The notes beneath the pieces were generated by a model. The model saw only the letters and a list, made by a program, of their open reading frames with translations, had not been told where the DNA came from and searched no databases. DNA of 64,000 nt from Hyphochytrium catenoides (taxonomy: Eukaryota; Protista; Hyphochytriomycota), in the NCBI GenBank assembly GCA_900088475.1, contig FLMG01000277.1:1-64000 (forward strand), written 5' to 3'. Of the stretch, positions 63,038-64,000 are shown in pieces; positions within the stretch are counted from its first letter, which is position 1; the number at the start of each line of letters is the position of its first letter. A program made the position numbers and the translations under genes.

Positions 63038-63680
63038 AGGGATTCAGAGGGCTAGAGAGGAAGGAAATAGCAGAAGGAAAAAATGAAGGTAGGGGTCAAG
63101 GGCGAGGAGGAGCTGATGAAGTTTATAGGAAGAGACAGAGGTATGATCAGGAAGTCGCTGTGCTCTTAAGGACGCGGACAATAAGGATAGGCCATCCAGG
63201 CGCACAAAGAGAGAGAGAGAGACAGACAGAGAGAGAGAGACAAAGAGAGAGGAAAAGAAAGGGGTAAAGAGGGGGAGAGAAGAGAAGATTAGATAGGGAA
63301 CTGAGAGTCGGACCACAAAGAGGAGACATGATCAGGAGAGTGATAGATGGCAAGCAGAGAGCTGAAGGAAGAAGAGCTAACGTAAGGAGAGAACGACTTT
63401 ATCAACTCAAGGGGAAGCATTAGAAACAGCTGCTGGGCATTCTTATGGTCCGACGGACGTTGAAGCCAAAGCGCTCTTACGAGGGAAGAGATAGTAGGGA
63501 GCAGGCATCAAGGAAAACGTCGTACTCCTCAGAAAGAACCTGCCCTACTCCTTGTCTTCTCTCTCAAGTTAATCTCAAATCGTCTATCTTTAAAATAGAG
63601 GCAAAAGCGCCTAAGCTTGGCTCGCTAGTTTGATGCTGGACTGAAGCTCTACGTTGCCTGTCACGGAAGCGTCGGGTATA

Positions 63681-63843
63681 ATGACTGGAGGCGACCTCAA
63701 CCAAGCAGAGCAACGACTTGCAGGCTCCCCGACGGCGCAGTCTTCCTCGAAGCCGCCAGGAGATGCTGAGGAGCCTCTGTTGATCAGCGCCGTGCTGCCT
63801 CCGCCTGCCTCAGCTGCGGCCTTGCCTACGATGAATGTCTCCG
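63681..63843 (+). CDS. Probable first exon of a gene continuing beyond the window
   Basis: ATG 63681, MTGGDLNQAEQRLAG...DAEEPLLISAV...MNVS, then a GTTAGC donor and a pyrimidine-rich intron. Acidic dileucine-like EEPLL present. Confidence 0.45.
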
Positions 63844-64000
63844 GTTAGCAGCATCGTTCCTTACCTCCTCCTCTCCCGTTTCTTCTGGCCTCCTTTAACT
63901 TATCCCATTCGCTCTCTCTCCCTGTCTGGCAGTGAGCTTTGCTGACTCTCGAACCTGCACATTCCGGTATTCCTAGTCAATCAAGCTCTCAAACAGACGA

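Noticed and set aside
1-64000. Prokaryotic systems (CRISPR arrays, operons, IS elements), rRNA genes or intact transposase/RT genes
   Set aside because: None seen. The genes are spliceosomal-intron eukaryotic genes, and I found no regular repeat-spacer array or RT/integrase/transposase motifs.

Overview
Gene-dense eukaryotic nuclear DNA with many short GT-AG introns and CTRAC-type branch points; probably a protist and possibly a stramenopile (inference only). There are three assembly gaps and a (GA/CT)n-saturated block at about 16.7-22.0 kb. Recognisable genes in order: SLC35A-type nucleotide-sugar transporter (+), intronless GT31/C1GALT1-like galactosyltransferase (-), QCR8 (-), NAD(P) transhydrogenase NNT (-), the 3' part of an HDAC11-like deacetylase (-), DCAF11/LEC14B WD40 protein (+), methylmalonyl-CoA mutase (-), a kinesin (+), homogentisate 1,2-dioxygenase (-), Mn-type SOD (+), a ZC3H15/Tma46 (DFRP1) homologue (-), a Cys-rich type I membrane protein (+), Integrator subunit 7 (+), AP-4 beta subunit (-), a class II tRNA nucleotidyltransferase (-), a PH-domain protein (-) and the first exon of one more gene (+). 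Best leads: (1) a probable H/ACA snoRNA with an AAA box, in the intron where the Tma46 homologue lacks its CCCH zinc fingers; (2) a kinesin tail with three C-x2-H-x4-C-x2-C repeats, each on its own exon; (3) an inverted, frameshifted copy of the HDAC11 'DLDAHQ' segment just past the gene's stop codon; (4) a tail-to-tail transporter/galactosyltransferase pair; (5) a possible TRIM-like element with ~100-bp direct repeats. Exon boundaries were read by eye and no database searches were run. I did not find a clear new multi-gene system.
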